Part shown: piece by piece, positions 10,856 through 20,354 of the stretch
How the letters are laid out: each line of letters begins with the position of its first letter
How positions within the stretch are numbered: position 1 is the first letter of the stretch
Translations under genes and position numbers: made by a program
Notes under the pieces: model-generated
Told to the model about the DNA's origin: nothing
Seen by the model: only the letters and a program-made list of their open reading frames with translations
Database searches by the model: none
From: Candidatus Bathyarchaeia archaeon
GTDB taxonomy: Archaea > Thermoproteota > Bathyarchaeia > 40CM-2-53-6
Reading direction: 5' to 3'
Length of the DNA: 64,000 bases
Assembly: GCA_049513715.1 (NCBI GenBank)
Contig: JBEKVV010000005.1
Location: 64,001-128,000 of the forward strand

Positions 10856-11643
10856 AGCGCGGACTCCAACATTTTCATCGCTTCTTTAGCGTTCGCACCA
10901 TCATGCACTATTGCCGCGAGAGCTTTGCTCATTGCTTCGGGGTTCTTATGTTGGAAGACGTTCCGCCCGAACGACAGCCCAGCAGAGCCCGCCTTTATAG
11001 AACCCTCCGCGAGCTCGAATACCTCAGAGTCGTTCTTCATGCGTGCCCCACCCGCGACAACTATCGGAACGGGGCACCCTCGAAGTACCTTGCGAAAACT
11101 CTCCACATCACCCGTGTAGACTGTCTTCACTATGTCTGCTCCTAATTCGGCGCCTATCCTTGCGGCGTGCGCAACCTCTTCGACCCCATTCTCGTCTTTT
11201 ATGTTTGGGCCTCTGGGATACATCATGGCAAGTAGAGGAATACCGTAGGAATCACATTCCTCCGACAGGCCGCCAAGGAATTCGAGCATTTTGTCTTCCT
11301 CCTCGGCCCCAATATTGAGGTGAGCAGAAACAGCATCCGCACCCAACCTGATGGCCTCCTCAACGGTGCAAACTCCAACCTTCAGGTTGGGTTTTGATCC
11401 GAGTTTCGTCGAAGCGGAAACGTGCACGATTAGCCCGGCATTGTGAGTGTCGACTCTCTTAGCGATGCCCTTGTGTACAAGCACGGCGTCCGCACCGCCC
11501 TTCACGACGAGTTTTACGGTTTCTTGCATGTTCTCTAGCCCCTGAACTGGACCGACCGTTATGCCATGGTCCATCGCAATGATGAAGGTCCTAGAGTCGC
11601 TTCTGACGAATTTTCGTAGCCGCCTAGTTTTTCCAGATTCCAT
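10852..11643 (-). CDS. 2-amino-3,7-dideoxy-D-threo-hept-6-ulosonate synthase (AroA', DhnA-type aldolase)
   Basis: [28 protein letters not shown]; adjacent to DHQ synthase II. Confidence 0.9.
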   Translation of the reverse strand: MESGKTRRLRKFVRSDSRTFIIAMDHGITVGPVQGLENMQETVKLVVKGGADAVLVHKGIAKRVDTHNAGLIVHVSASTKLGSKPNLKVGVCTVEEAIRLGADAVSAHLNIGAEEEDKMLEFLGGLSEECDSYGIPLLAMMYPRGPNIKDENGVEEVAHAARIGAELGADIVKTVYTGDVESFRKVLRGCPVPIVVAGGARMKNDSEVFELAEGSIKAGSAGLSFGRNVFQHKNPEAMSKALAAIVHDGANAKEAMKMLESAL

Positions 11644-11659
11644 TTTTCCACTTCACCCT

Positions 11660-12691
11660 TCACAAGTAACCTTGAGATTTCATCGATTCAGCGATTAGAA
11701 TCGCGCAGCCAGCAGCACCGCGAATCGTGTTATGGCCGAGCGCCACGTACTTGACGCCATCAAACACGGTGTCCTTCCGTATCCTACCAACAACAACTGC
11801 CATGCCTCGTCCTTCAGCCCTGTCGAACCGCGGTTGTGGGCGATCCGGCTCCTGCCTGACTACGACCGGTTTCTCAGGAGCTGAGGGCAACCTGAGTTTC
11901 TGGGGCTCTGCCGCAAAATTCCCCATTGACTCAGCTATTTCTTCAGGGCTGGCCTGTTTCTCAGTCTCGACAAATACTGCCTCTGTATGACCGTCAATAA
12001 CCGGAACACGATGACAACTTGCCGAAACCTTGAAGCCAGCGGATTTGCCCGCCTCCCCGAGGATCTTCTTAGTTTCACGCTCAACCTTCCCCTCCTCGTC
12101 CTTGATGAAGGGGACGATGTTGTCGATTATGTCAAGAGACGCGACGCCTGGGTATCCCGCCCCGGACACTGCTTGCATGGATGACATGACGACGTTTCGG
12201 ATCCCGTAGCAGACATGAATTGGTTTCAGCGAGAGTGTGAGGACGGCAGTGGTGCAGTTCGGATTTGTGATTATCGCGCCGTCCCATTTCCGTTCCCGTC
12301 TTTGTTGGTCAATCAGTGAAAGATGATCAAAGTTGGCTTCTGGGTTCATGAGCGGAACGTCAATATCCATTCTGTGTGCGGCGGCATTGCTTACGACCGC
12401 GTAACCTGCTCGCGCAAAACTTTCTTCTACTTTCAGGGCTTCGTCAGACGGTAGGGCCGAGAACACCACGTCGGCATCAACCTCTTTAGGATCTGTCGGC
12501 TGGACTGTTAGCTCGCCAATTTTCTGTTTCAGCTGGGTTTCCATTCGCCAGTTGACGGCATCTTTGTAGACCGTGCCGGCAGATCTATCGGACCCGGTCA
12601 GTGAGGCGATTTCGAACCATGAATGGTCGTTCAGTAATTGGACAAATCGTTGCCCAACTAGCCCAGTTGCGCCCAGTATTGCTGCTTTCAC
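11660..12691 (-). CDS. asd: aspartate-semialdehyde dehydrogenase
   Basis: LGATGLVGQ, NPNC, QAVSGAG, HNTIRGAAG. Confidence 0.95.
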   Translation of the reverse strand: MKAAILGATGLVGQRFVQLLNDHSWFEIASLTGSDRSAGTVYKDAVNWRMETQLKQKIGELTVQPTDPKEVDADVVFSALPSDEALKVEESFARAGYAVVSNAAAHRMDIDVPLMNPEANFDHLSLIDQQRRERKWDGAIITNPNCTTAVLTLSLKPIHVCYGIRNVVMSSMQAVSGAGYPGVASLDIIDNIVPFIKDEEGKVERETKKILGEAGKSAGFKVSASCHRVPVIDGHTEAVFVETEKQASPEEIAESMGNFAAEPQKLRLPSAPEKPVVVRQEPDRPQPRFDRAEGRGMAVVVGRIRKDTVFDGVKYVALGHNTIRGAAGCAILIAESMKSQGYL

Positions 12692-12692
12692 C

Positions 12693-14033
12693 TTAAAGTT
12701 CCCCTTTCACAACTTGTTTAATCAAAGTCATTGCTTGCTCTTTCTCGTCCCACGAAACAAAGACTAAGATGCTTGAGGCCAAGGTCAGTAATCCGAAGAT
12801 GTTGATTCCGTTTTCTTGGAGGCGTTGAGACATCTTCCCAATTATTCCAGGCGTATCTTCCAGCCCGACGCCTTTCACCTTCAAGAACGCCAAATCGAGT
12901 TGAACGGCCATGGCGAGGCTTTCGCCGTGGCCTGTTACGACATCGTGGATATAGGTGAGCAATGAGTTGGATGGGCTTTGAGGTACGTAAAAGATTACGG
13001 AATCGAAATTCGCGGATAAACCGTTGAGTGTCGAATGGTTTCGGATTTCTTTCACAAGGTTGGCTAGTATGGATGGGTTTTCCGAGATGCCTTTGCCAGC
13101 AATTGTCACTGCCATAGATTGTGTGTTGCTTGCGAAGATTACCTCAATCTCGCTTGAGATTCCGCCAGTAATGATCGTTCCGTCGCCTTCTAAGTCGTCT
13201 TTCCTATGATTAATCACTCTGACCGGGATGTTCGGGTCCTTGTATCTCAATGCTTTTCTATGGATGAATTTCGTTCCCGAGTCAGCTAGCCCAATCAGGG
13301 TTCTAACATCAATTCTGTCAAGTTTCTTTGCGTTTGGGATGAGCTTAGGGTCGGCTGACAGTATGCCGTCCGCGTCCGTCACCAGGACGACTTCATCTGC
13401 CCCGATAGCCTTGGCTATTATGAAGGCGGTCGTGTCGCTTCCCCCGCGGCCGATTGTACTTACCTTGCCAGCGGTCGAACGTCCAATGAAACCCGCAATC
13501 ACGGGAACGGTTCCCCAATCCAGAAGTGGGATAACATGCTCGCGAACCTTCTGCAAGCATAGTTCGAGGATTGGGTTCGCGTCTGAGAACTGGTCGTCGG
13601 TTAAGATTGGCCAATCTGGGTCGGATGGATCGAAGTACCTTGTGTCAAGGCCTTCGGCTTTCAAGGCTGTTGTGAAAACCCTGACGCTTGTCCGTTCACC
13701 CATCGCAATGACATCGTCAAGGTCTGTCTTGTCCGGCTCCTTTCCCGCGTCATGATTGATCAATCCGATTAACTGGTCAGTCATCTTGCCCATGGCTGAG
13801 ACTACGACCACAAGCCTCGTGCCTTTCCTGCATTCCTTTGCAATCAGTTGAGCTGCTTTCGTGATTTTGTCCTTATTTGCTAAGCTTGAGCCGCCGAACT
13901 TGACAACCAGTCGCCTATTCTTTTGGATTTCAACGGCTACTGGTTTCTGCTCACTAAGTGTCTGAAGCGTAGTGTTTGCAGAAAGGTTAGTTTGTGGAGA
14001 GCGGGGCGCATGAGAGCCAGTAGTGATCACCAT
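12693..14033 (-). CDS. lysC: aspartate kinase with C-terminal ACT domains (start uncertain: 14060/14033 or reached by frameshift)
   Basis: VVKFGGSS, VVSAMG, GRGGSD, TDADG...DP; the only canonical in-frame starts lie inside the leader ORF. Confidence 0.9.
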   Translation of the reverse strand: MVITTGSHAPRSPQTNLSANTTLQTLSEQKPVAVEIQKNRRLVVKFGGSSLANKDKITKAAQLIAKECRKGTRLVVVVSAMGKMTDQLIGLINHDAGKEPDKTDLDDVIAMGERTSVRVFTTALKAEGLDTRYFDPSDPDWPILTDDQFSDANPILELCLQKVREHVIPLLDWGTVPVIAGFIGRSTAGKVSTIGRGGSDTTAFIIAKAIGADEVVLVTDADGILSADPKLIPNAKKLDRIDVRTLIGLADSGTKFIHRKALRYKDPNIPVRVINHRKDDLEGDGTIITGGISSEIEVIFASNTQSMAVTIAGKGISENPSILANLVKEIRNHSTLNGLSANFDSVIFYVPQSPSNSLLTYIHDVVTGHGESLAMAVQLDLAFLKVKGVGLEDTPGIIGKMSQRLQENGINIFGLLTLASSILVFVSWDEKEQAMTLIKQVVKGEL

Positions 14034-14073
14034 AAATGTGACCACCGAAAATGTAACCACTCATTTGTTCCAT
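13987..14073 (-). CDS. putative 28-aa aromatic-rich leader peptide MEQMSGYIFGGHIYGDHYWLSCAPLSTN
   Basis: ATG 14073 to TAA 13987, preceded by SD-like GGGGTG and a TTTTAAG box; 3 Tyr, 1 Phe, 1 Trp clustered; heads the aro operon. Confidence 0.65.
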   Translation of the reverse strand: MEQMSGYIFGGHIYGDHYWLSCAPLSTN

Positions 14074-14113
14074 TCTTACACCCCACGGTGTTCCCCGCAT
14101 CCCGCAAGGGCGG

Positions 14114-14121
14114 CTTAAAAG
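14114..14121 (-). promoter_or_regulatory. putative TATA box of the lysC-asd-aro operon
   Basis: CTTTTAAG on minus strand about 40 nt upstream of the leader ATG. Confidence 0.5.
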
Positions 14122-14290
14122 AGTTCCTCAAGCAGTCAACATAGCTGTACATCGAAAACGGTTACGCATAACTATGTTCATCTCAAGTCTGGATCTATGA
14201 GTGTGTACAAATCGTTAATTTTGTTCATGATATTTCGAGGCTTCGCAGTTTCGTTCAAACGGAGACAAACCGCTGGTAGTTGATTATGGT

Positions 14291-14989
14291 CTACATCCCA
14301 TCGTATAATCGCTCTGCCAAGAACGGTGGCAAGCATGCTTGGGTGATCTTACTGGTCACTGAATCTACATCATACTTCACTCGAATGATGTCGAATGAAA
14401 AATGGCCATCAAGAATATTGAGCATTCCAAAGCTTGCGCGTGGATCACTATCTCTAGGCTGGCCTACACTTCCAGGGTTCGCCAACATCTGACCTTCAAA
14501 TGTGTAAACCATGGGCATATGGGTGTGTCCGAGTAAGACTAGATTTGCGCCTCCCTCCAGAATCAATTCACGCGCTTGCGAGCTGGATATGCCAGGAAAA
14601 ATGTACTCCGTAAGAGGGTCTCTGGGGCTGCCGTGAAACAACGCCATCTTAGTGCCCTCCATCTCCAGCTTCGCGGAGGGAAGCAATCCTCTCAGGTAGT
14701 CTAGGTTTTCTTGACTGATCTGACTCCGTGTCCAAATAATCGCATCAGCTGCATGGTGCGTAAACCCGTCCACATCACCTGTGACAGTGGCATAATCATG
14801 GTTTCCCGTGAGAACGACAGAAGGATTTTGACCCTGAAGGTAGCTGATGACTTCGTTCGGTTGAGGACCGTATCCGACAATGTCACCCAAGCAGAGAAGG
14901 GCATCGTGCTTGGGGAGTTGTGACGTGACTGCCTGCAAGGCGTCAAGGTTTGAGTGAATGTCTGATATGACCGCAATTCTCAAGCCCAA
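14291..14989 (-). CDS. calcineurin-like metallophosphoesterase (YfcE/MJ0912-like)
   Basis: SDIHSN, LGDIVGYG, GNHD, HGSP, GHTH, NPGSVGQPRD. Confidence 0.9.
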   Translation of the reverse strand: MGLRIAVISDIHSNLDALQAVTSQLPKHDALLCLGDIVGYGPQPNEVISYLQGQNPSVVLTGNHDYATVTGDVDGFTHHAADAIIWTRSQISQENLDYLRGLLPSAKLEMEGTKMALFHGSPRDPLTEYIFPGISSSQARELILEGGANLVLLGHTHMPMVYTFEGQMLANPGSVGQPRDSDPRASFGMLNILDGHFSFDIIRVKYDVDSVTSKITQACLPPFLAERLYDGM

Positions 14990-15037
14990 ACCTCACTACA
15001 CCTCCTAGCAGAACTGAGAAATGATTGGCGGTTGAGG

Positions 15038-15625
15038 CTACAGTTCCAGGTCGATCTCTTCTAAGTAGGATAGGTCTTCCCCACAGTACGGACATAATTT
15101 GAACGTTTTATCCACCGATTTGCCGCATTCAGGGCATTCGATTTTGAGAGCGTACCTGCAGAACGGGCAGATAGTGAAGTCAGCTGAAACTTTATGCCCG
15201 CACTTCTTGCACAAGAGGGCAACATCTTCCTCGCCTCTGTCAACCGACCTCTCGGAGCTCTGGACAAAAACTGGGAAAGGCTGAGGCCCTTCCGAGCCCG
15301 ACGCATGGATTATGTTTTCGCGGAGAATGCGGTGCAGCTGGAAAGCATCAGCTTTGCTCAGACCCGCAATTTTGATGCTTTGGACCCCCGCTCGCATGAG
15401 GATTTCAACACTCGCCCGCCGAATTCCTCGATCTAGTTTTATGTTGACCATGTTTGAGTACGGATAGTCTACAAAGGTTTTCTTGAGGCCGAGTCCCCCG
15501 GTCTTTCGCATTATGATGCGTTGGTCGCTCACGACGACTGTTTCGCTTCCGCGTACTACCCAGATGACTTTCTCATCATAGTTGATGAGATGCTTCATGT
15601 CCTCTGGGATAGGTAACATTGCCAA
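15038..15625 (-). CDS. PH-like domain plus double zinc-ribbon protein
   Basis: VVVSDQRII (PH-like) and four CxxC pairs at the C-terminus. Confidence 0.7.
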   Translation of the reverse strand: MAMLPIPEDMKHLINYDEKVIWVVRGSETVVVSDQRIIMRKTGGLGLKKTFVDYPYSNMVNIKLDRGIRRASVEILMRAGVQSIKIAGLSKADAFQLHRILRENIIHASGSEGPQPFPVFVQSSERSVDRGEEDVALLCKKCGHKVSADFTICPFCRYALKIECPECGKSVDKTFKLCPYCGEDLSYLEEIDLEL

Positions 15626-15809
15626 CCGTTAGAGCCTCGTGAATTGCCGAAAACATCCACCTCAACCCATTTGTGATAAGATGTATTGCGTTACATCATC
15701 AAAAAAGACGCCCAAACGGGCCTGTAAACCGACCCAGACAACGCAATTTCACGCGTCCATGGAGGGGTGGGTTAACTAGGCCCATTTGAGAAGGCGACAA
15801 TGGATCTAC

Positions 15810-16193
15810 ATGGAAGTTAACGAGGAAAAACTCGAAGTTAACTCCCGAGTCTTCAGGGTCAACTATTTCCAGTTAGAAAACGCGGTGGTAGCCCTCTTCT
15901 TTGAGGATAAAGAGCGCATAGGAACCGTTGCAATTGCAATGCCTGGGACTGGGGAGGTTGCTGTTGGGCGATCATCGGTGTTGGTCGGTGGAAAATACCT
16001 GATGACGACGCGTGCATTAGCAGAAAGAATGGCAGCGAAGGCGGGGAAGCTTGCGTTCGTTTCCTTGTTTACCGAACTTGGCGAAGCAGAAGCCTTACGC
16101 ATATACGTGAAACTCCTTGACAAAGTAGCTCTCGGGTCAGATATGAGAAGAAACGGCCTTCGAAACGATATCGAGTCAGCTGAAATCGTCTAG
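15810..16193 (+). CDS. hypothetical protein, possibly proteasome assembly chaperone (PAC4)-like
   Basis: GTVAIAMP...SSVLVG...RALAERMA...FVSL pattern; family call tentative. Confidence 0.4.
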   Translation: MEVNEEKLEVNSRVFRVNYFQLENAVVALFFEDKERIGTVAIAMPGTGEVAVGRSSVLVGGKYLMTTRALAERMAAKAGKLAFVSLFTELGEAEALRIYVKLLDKVALGSDMRRNGLRNDIESAEIV

Positions 16194-16277
16194 GAACGCC
16201 CCACGGTCAGGAAGGCTGTGATTCCGTGGCCGTTTTCAGAAATCGCGGCCACAAAAATGCCGTGTTACGACCAATGT

Positions 16278-17591
16278 TCAGTACGATAGGATGTTTGATA
16301 GAGGTGATTCACCCAGAACCTGCGCTGCTGCTTCCGCCACTTGCTCCCTGTACTCTTGCTGGGTGTAAACACGGATGATGTTCATGAATACCTGTAATAC
16401 ATCGACAATTTTGGAGAGTTCGTTAATCTTCTGGGGGACCTTTTCACCTGAACGTGATTTCGAGAAGATTGGGATATCTATTGGACCAATGTCCATTGCG
16501 TAGTGGTATGGCACAGATGGGAGTGATGGCACGTCAATCGTTACTTCCGTAGCAGGAACCTTGGCTTTCGCAGCGATTTCTTCCTCTAACTTCACTCGCA
16601 CGTTCTCATTGGTGAATACGCTTGAGACCAGCTCATCCTTAGCGTAGAAGGTTCTTTCATAGGCACACTTCAGAAGCTTCCGTTCAGAAATAGCCTGTAC
16701 AATTTTGCTTGAGCGAGGGTTTGCTTGCAGTTTTGACCAGACCGTGTAATCATCGAATTCAAGGTATTCGTCAGCCGTTTTCACTTTCAGAATGTCAAGA
16801 TCTTCTTTCGCGGCGTCCAGCGCTTTTAGGAGCATCATTTGGACCGCCCTGCACGCACGGTGAAAGTATATCGCTCTGAAAGATTCGAGCCGAGCTAGGA
16901 TTAAGCTCTCGAGCGTGGGCAGGGCGGTAATGTCAACCGCTAGGTTGCCGTTCAAAATGTCCATCGTGTAAATGAGGCGGAACACGTCCACGGACCCATA
17001 TCCCGCTCCAGTATGGTAAGAGTCCCTGACAACAAAGTCCATTTTGTCAACATCAAACGAGCTACTTATAATCTGACCCAAGAACGGCTTGTCGGTTCCT
17101 GATGGCTTGCCAACAGCAAAGCCACTTAGATTCCTGGGATCAAAGCCTTGTTCACGAATCACGTCGCTAAGAGCGGATTCTGCGATAATCCACGTCGACA
17201 TGTCCTCATGGTTCCGATTCATGTATTTGAGAAGCAGTGGCTCGAAGAGATGAGAAAATGGAGCATGGCCTACATCATGCAATAGAGCCGCCAAACGGAC
17301 CTCCTGCTTCTCCTCAGAGGAGAGCTGAATCGGCAGATTATCCGCAACGACCCCTGCTAGGTACATTGCGCCTAACACATGTTCGAAACGCGTATGATTT
17401 GCGGCCGGATACACATATTCTGCCCCGGCAAGTTGCCTTATTCGGCGCAGTCTCTGTAACGCGAGAGTGTCGATGATGTTCCTCTCAGCGTCTGTCAAGC
17501 GGATATATCCATAAATGGGGTCTTTGATGAAGCCCCAATAGGCACGTTGCTGACCGTTGTTACCCCTCCAACCCGAAGGCCCGCTCATCAT
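16278..17591 (-). CDS. HD-domain phosphohydrolase (SAMHD1/dNTPase-like)
   Basis: IKDPIYG, QRLRRIRQL, HTRFEH, LLHDVGHAPFSH, DVDKMD. Confidence 0.88.
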   Translation of the reverse strand: MMSGPSGWRGNNGQQRAYWGFIKDPIYGYIRLTDAERNIIDTLALQRLRRIRQLAGAEYVYPAANHTRFEHVLGAMYLAGVVADNLPIQLSSEEKQEVRLAALLHDVGHAPFSHLFEPLLLKYMNRNHEDMSTWIIAESALSDVIREQGFDPRNLSGFAVGKPSGTDKPFLGQIISSSFDVDKMDFVVRDSYHTGAGYGSVDVFRLIYTMDILNGNLAVDITALPTLESLILARLESFRAIYFHRACRAVQMMLLKALDAAKEDLDILKVKTADEYLEFDDYTVWSKLQANPRSSKIVQAISERKLLKCAYERTFYAKDELVSSVFTNENVRVKLEEEIAAKAKVPATEVTIDVPSLPSVPYHYAMDIGPIDIPIFSKSRSGEKVPQKINELSKIVDVLQVFMNIIRVYTQQEYREQVAEAAAQVLGESPLSNILSY

Positions 17592-17765
17592 TCCATCCAG
17601 CTGGGAGTACGCCGCTGCCCAGTATGTCACGCTCATTAGTTAATCCATCTTCTTCATTGTGCTCGACTGCAGAACGATGCCACATCGGCGCATCTCTGAA
17701 TGCTGAAAATAATCCGAGTAGTCAATAAATAGAAGCCGCGCCACCTCGCCTTTGTAGGTTGGAAT

Positions 17766-18707
17766 ATGATATTCGGCATGCAGCACCCAAACTTCTCGTA
17801 CGACGGTCAAGGCCCGCAGCTAGTTGAATCCCTCAAGAAACTCGCAACCGAGGCTGAAAGTCTCAGATTCGACTCTTTCTGGGTTATGGACCACTTCCAC
17901 CAGATCCAATACGTTGGGCAACCCAATGAACCGATGTTGGAATCTTGGACCACTCTTGCCGCTCTGGCAGGAATGACCTCCAAAATCAAACTCGGCCCGC
18001 TTGTCACCGGGAATGTTTACAGGCACCCAGCGGTGCTCGCCAAAATTGGCGCAACTCTCGATGTACTGAGTAAAGGACGAGTGAACATGGGAATCGGCGC
18101 CGCATGGAATGAAGAGGAATCGAGGGCATATGGAATCCCGTTCCCTTCTACAAAGGAACGCTTCCGGCGCCTTGAGGAAGCAGTGCAGATTATCCGCAAG
18201 ATGTGGACCGAAGAGAGTGCTAACTTTGACGGCCAGTTCTACAAGATTAAGGGAGCGTACTGTAACCCAAAACCAATCCAAAAACCCTATCCTCCAATCA
18301 TGATTGGTGGAGGCGGAGAGCGCGAAACGCTCAAGCTTGTTGCGAAATATGCCGACGCCTGCAACGTCTTCGGTTCCCCGGACACGTTCCGCAAGAAAAT
18401 GAACGTCCTCCGCGAACACTGCATATCAGCTGGGAGAGACTACGACTCCATTCTCAAAACGAAACTTGGCATCGTGATGATAGATAGCGACCAAGCCGCT
18501 CTAGAGAAGCGAATTGCCGCAAGATACAAGAACGTCCCGGAACAAATGCGGCGAGAAATGGCGATCTACGGGCGGCCTGAACATGTTCGACAACAGTTAG
18601 AATCCTTCCGAGATGCTGGTGTTCAAACCTTCATAATGAGCTTCGAGCCCGACAGACAGCTCGAGGAACTGAAGCTCTTCGGGAGAGAAGTTGCAAAACA
18701 CTTCTGA
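17766..18707 (+). CDS. LLM-class (probably F420-dependent) oxidoreductase
   Basis: WVMDHF, YRHPAVLAK, GIGAAW, PIMIGGGGE. Confidence 0.88.
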   Translation: MIFGMQHPNFSYDGQGPQLVESLKKLATEAESLRFDSFWVMDHFHQIQYVGQPNEPMLESWTTLAALAGMTSKIKLGPLVTGNVYRHPAVLAKIGATLDVLSKGRVNMGIGAAWNEEESRAYGIPFPSTKERFRRLEEAVQIIRKMWTEESANFDGQFYKIKGAYCNPKPIQKPYPPIMIGGGGERETLKLVAKYADACNVFGSPDTFRKKMNVLREHCISAGRDYDSILKTKLGIVMIDSDQAALEKRIAARYKNVPEQMRREMAIYGRPEHVRQQLESFRDAGVQTFIMSFEPDRQLEELKLFGREVAKHF

Positions 18708-18756
18708 TCTTCCCTAGGGAGGGCGCAGGCGCCGTCTCGAGAACCTAAGACGTAAA

Positions 18757-19680
18757 TTGAACCACTCCAACGACCTTTGGAGACAAATTTTCTTGCACAG
18801 CATGTCTTTACTCGGTGTGCCCCTCTACACTCTCGCAAGATACCACGGAATGGGCGCTGCCGTCAAAGTGCTGCGGAGCCTTGGCATCGCAGAAACCCTG
18901 AAGCAAGGTTCAGTTTCCTTCACGGACCTGAGTGACGTCCCGCTCCTCGAATTCAGTACTGACTCGGGACCTTCCAATATGAGGAACTTCTCATATTTCC
19001 TAGATAGCTCGGCAGCAATCATGGATAGGGCGAGCAAAGTGCCTAGAGGAGATTTCGTTTTCTGCTTAGGAGGGGAGTGTGGCTTGGCTTTGGGGACGTT
19101 AGCTGCGTTGAGATCGCGTTTCAGGGGTATGCCTGGGCTTTTGTGGTTGGATGCGCATGGCGACTTCAATACACCCGAAACTACGCGGTCCGGGTTCGTT
19201 GGAGGCATGCCGTTGGCTTTCGTGTGTGGGCGGGGGCCGAAGTTTCCACCGAGCATTGAGAACTTACGGCCTCTCGTTAAGGAAGAGAATGTAGTTCACT
19301 TTGGGAGCAGAGACCTAGACCCGCTCGAGGCTAAAGCCGTAGAATCCTCTTCAATCAAGCTGCATTCCGCTGTCTCACTGCACAAAGAAGGATTGGAAAG
19401 AACATTAGAGCGAGAGGCCGCGTACCTTGAAGACAGCGCTGATTGGATCATTTGTCACTTAGATGTTGATGTTATCGACCCGTCAATCATTCCAGCGGTC
19501 AGTTTTCCTACGAATGGCGGCCTGAGCCTGAATGAGGTAAACACCATTGTCAAGACTCTACTCAAAACGGGTAAGTTGAAAGTCTTCAACCTTGCAGCGT
19601 ACGAGCCTACTCGAGACATTTCCTACTCCGCGGGCAGAACGATCGTTGGCTTAGTTTCAGAGATCTTCAAAGCGAAATGA
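18757..19680 (+). CDS. arginase/agmatinase family protein
   Basis: GGEC, WLDAHGDFNTP, HLDVDVIDP. Confidence 0.85.
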   Translation: MNHSNDLWRQIFLHSMSLLGVPLYTLARYHGMGAAVKVLRSLGIAETLKQGSVSFTDLSDVPLLEFSTDSGPSNMRNFSYFLDSSAAIMDRASKVPRGDFVFCLGGECGLALGTLAALRSRFRGMPGLLWLDAHGDFNTPETTRSGFVGGMPLAFVCGRGPKFPPSIENLRPLVKEENVVHFGSRDLDPLEAKAVESSSIKLHSAVSLHKEGLERTLEREAAYLEDSADWIICHLDVDVIDPSIIPAVSFPTNGGLSLNEVNTIVKTLLKTGKLKVFNLAAYEPTRDISYSAGRTIVGLVSEIFKAK

Positions 19681-19736
19681 GCCAATGCAGGCTGAGAAAT
19701 ATCATGCCGGCCAAGTCGTACGCTACGATTCGCAGC

Positions 19737-20354
19737 TCAACTCTCCAAACCTTCTTCACGCATGGCTAGAAGCAGCGCTAGAGAAGCGGACACTGCAAGA
19801 AAGTAGAGTGAAATGTCCGTTAGGAGAGGTGAGATTGAGGCCACGATACCTCCAACATATACAGCCACGATTGTTGCGGCATAGCAACTCGCAAAGACGA
19901 CGCCTTTCCGACCCACTTGTCTGAGGGTTCGATTCATAGATTTCTCTAGGGCAACAACCGAAATTTCGTTCGAATACTTCAAAGTCCGTTTTGACGAGAG
20001 TGCCCCCTGCTCACAGACTAGTGTGAGATTCTCGACAGAATACAGGAGGATCACGAACGCGAACAAAAGCAAGAACAAGTACTGAGTTATGCTCTTCGAG
20101 AGTGCGTGAAGCAACAGAACCGACAGGAACATGAAGACGGTTGTCAGCGAGCTCAATCTCGCCCATCGCAAATCATTCGTGAGAACCGCACCCATCCCAA
20201 GAGCCAGTCCGGCAACCGCACCGACGGCCACGAAGGATATGGCCCACGAAGGAGACAATAGAACGACTGCTCCAGAAGCTGATATGAGCAACACTGAGGA
20301 AAAAACGCGGAAGGAGTTCCACCTGATCAGGTATGAGTTCAATTCGTTCTCCAA
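19737..20354 (-). CDS. multi-pass membrane protein of the moxR/DUF58 locus
   Basis: About six hydrophobic segments; overlaps the DUF58 stop. Confidence 0.65.
   Translation of the reverse strand: MENELNSYLIRWNSFRVFSSVLLISASGAVVLLSPSWAISFVAVGAVAGLALGMGAVLTNDLRWARLSSLTTVFMFLSVLLLHALSKSITQYLFLLLFAFVILLYSVENLTLVCEQGALSSKRTLKYSNEISVVALEKSMNRTLRQVGRKGVVFASCYAATIVAVYVGGIVASISPLLTDISLYFLAVSASLALLLAMREEGLES

Noticed and set aside
15680..15697. GATGTA-N6-TACATC dyad between divergent genes
   Set aside because: A single 6-bp dyad is expected by chance; no second instance or linked regulator seen.
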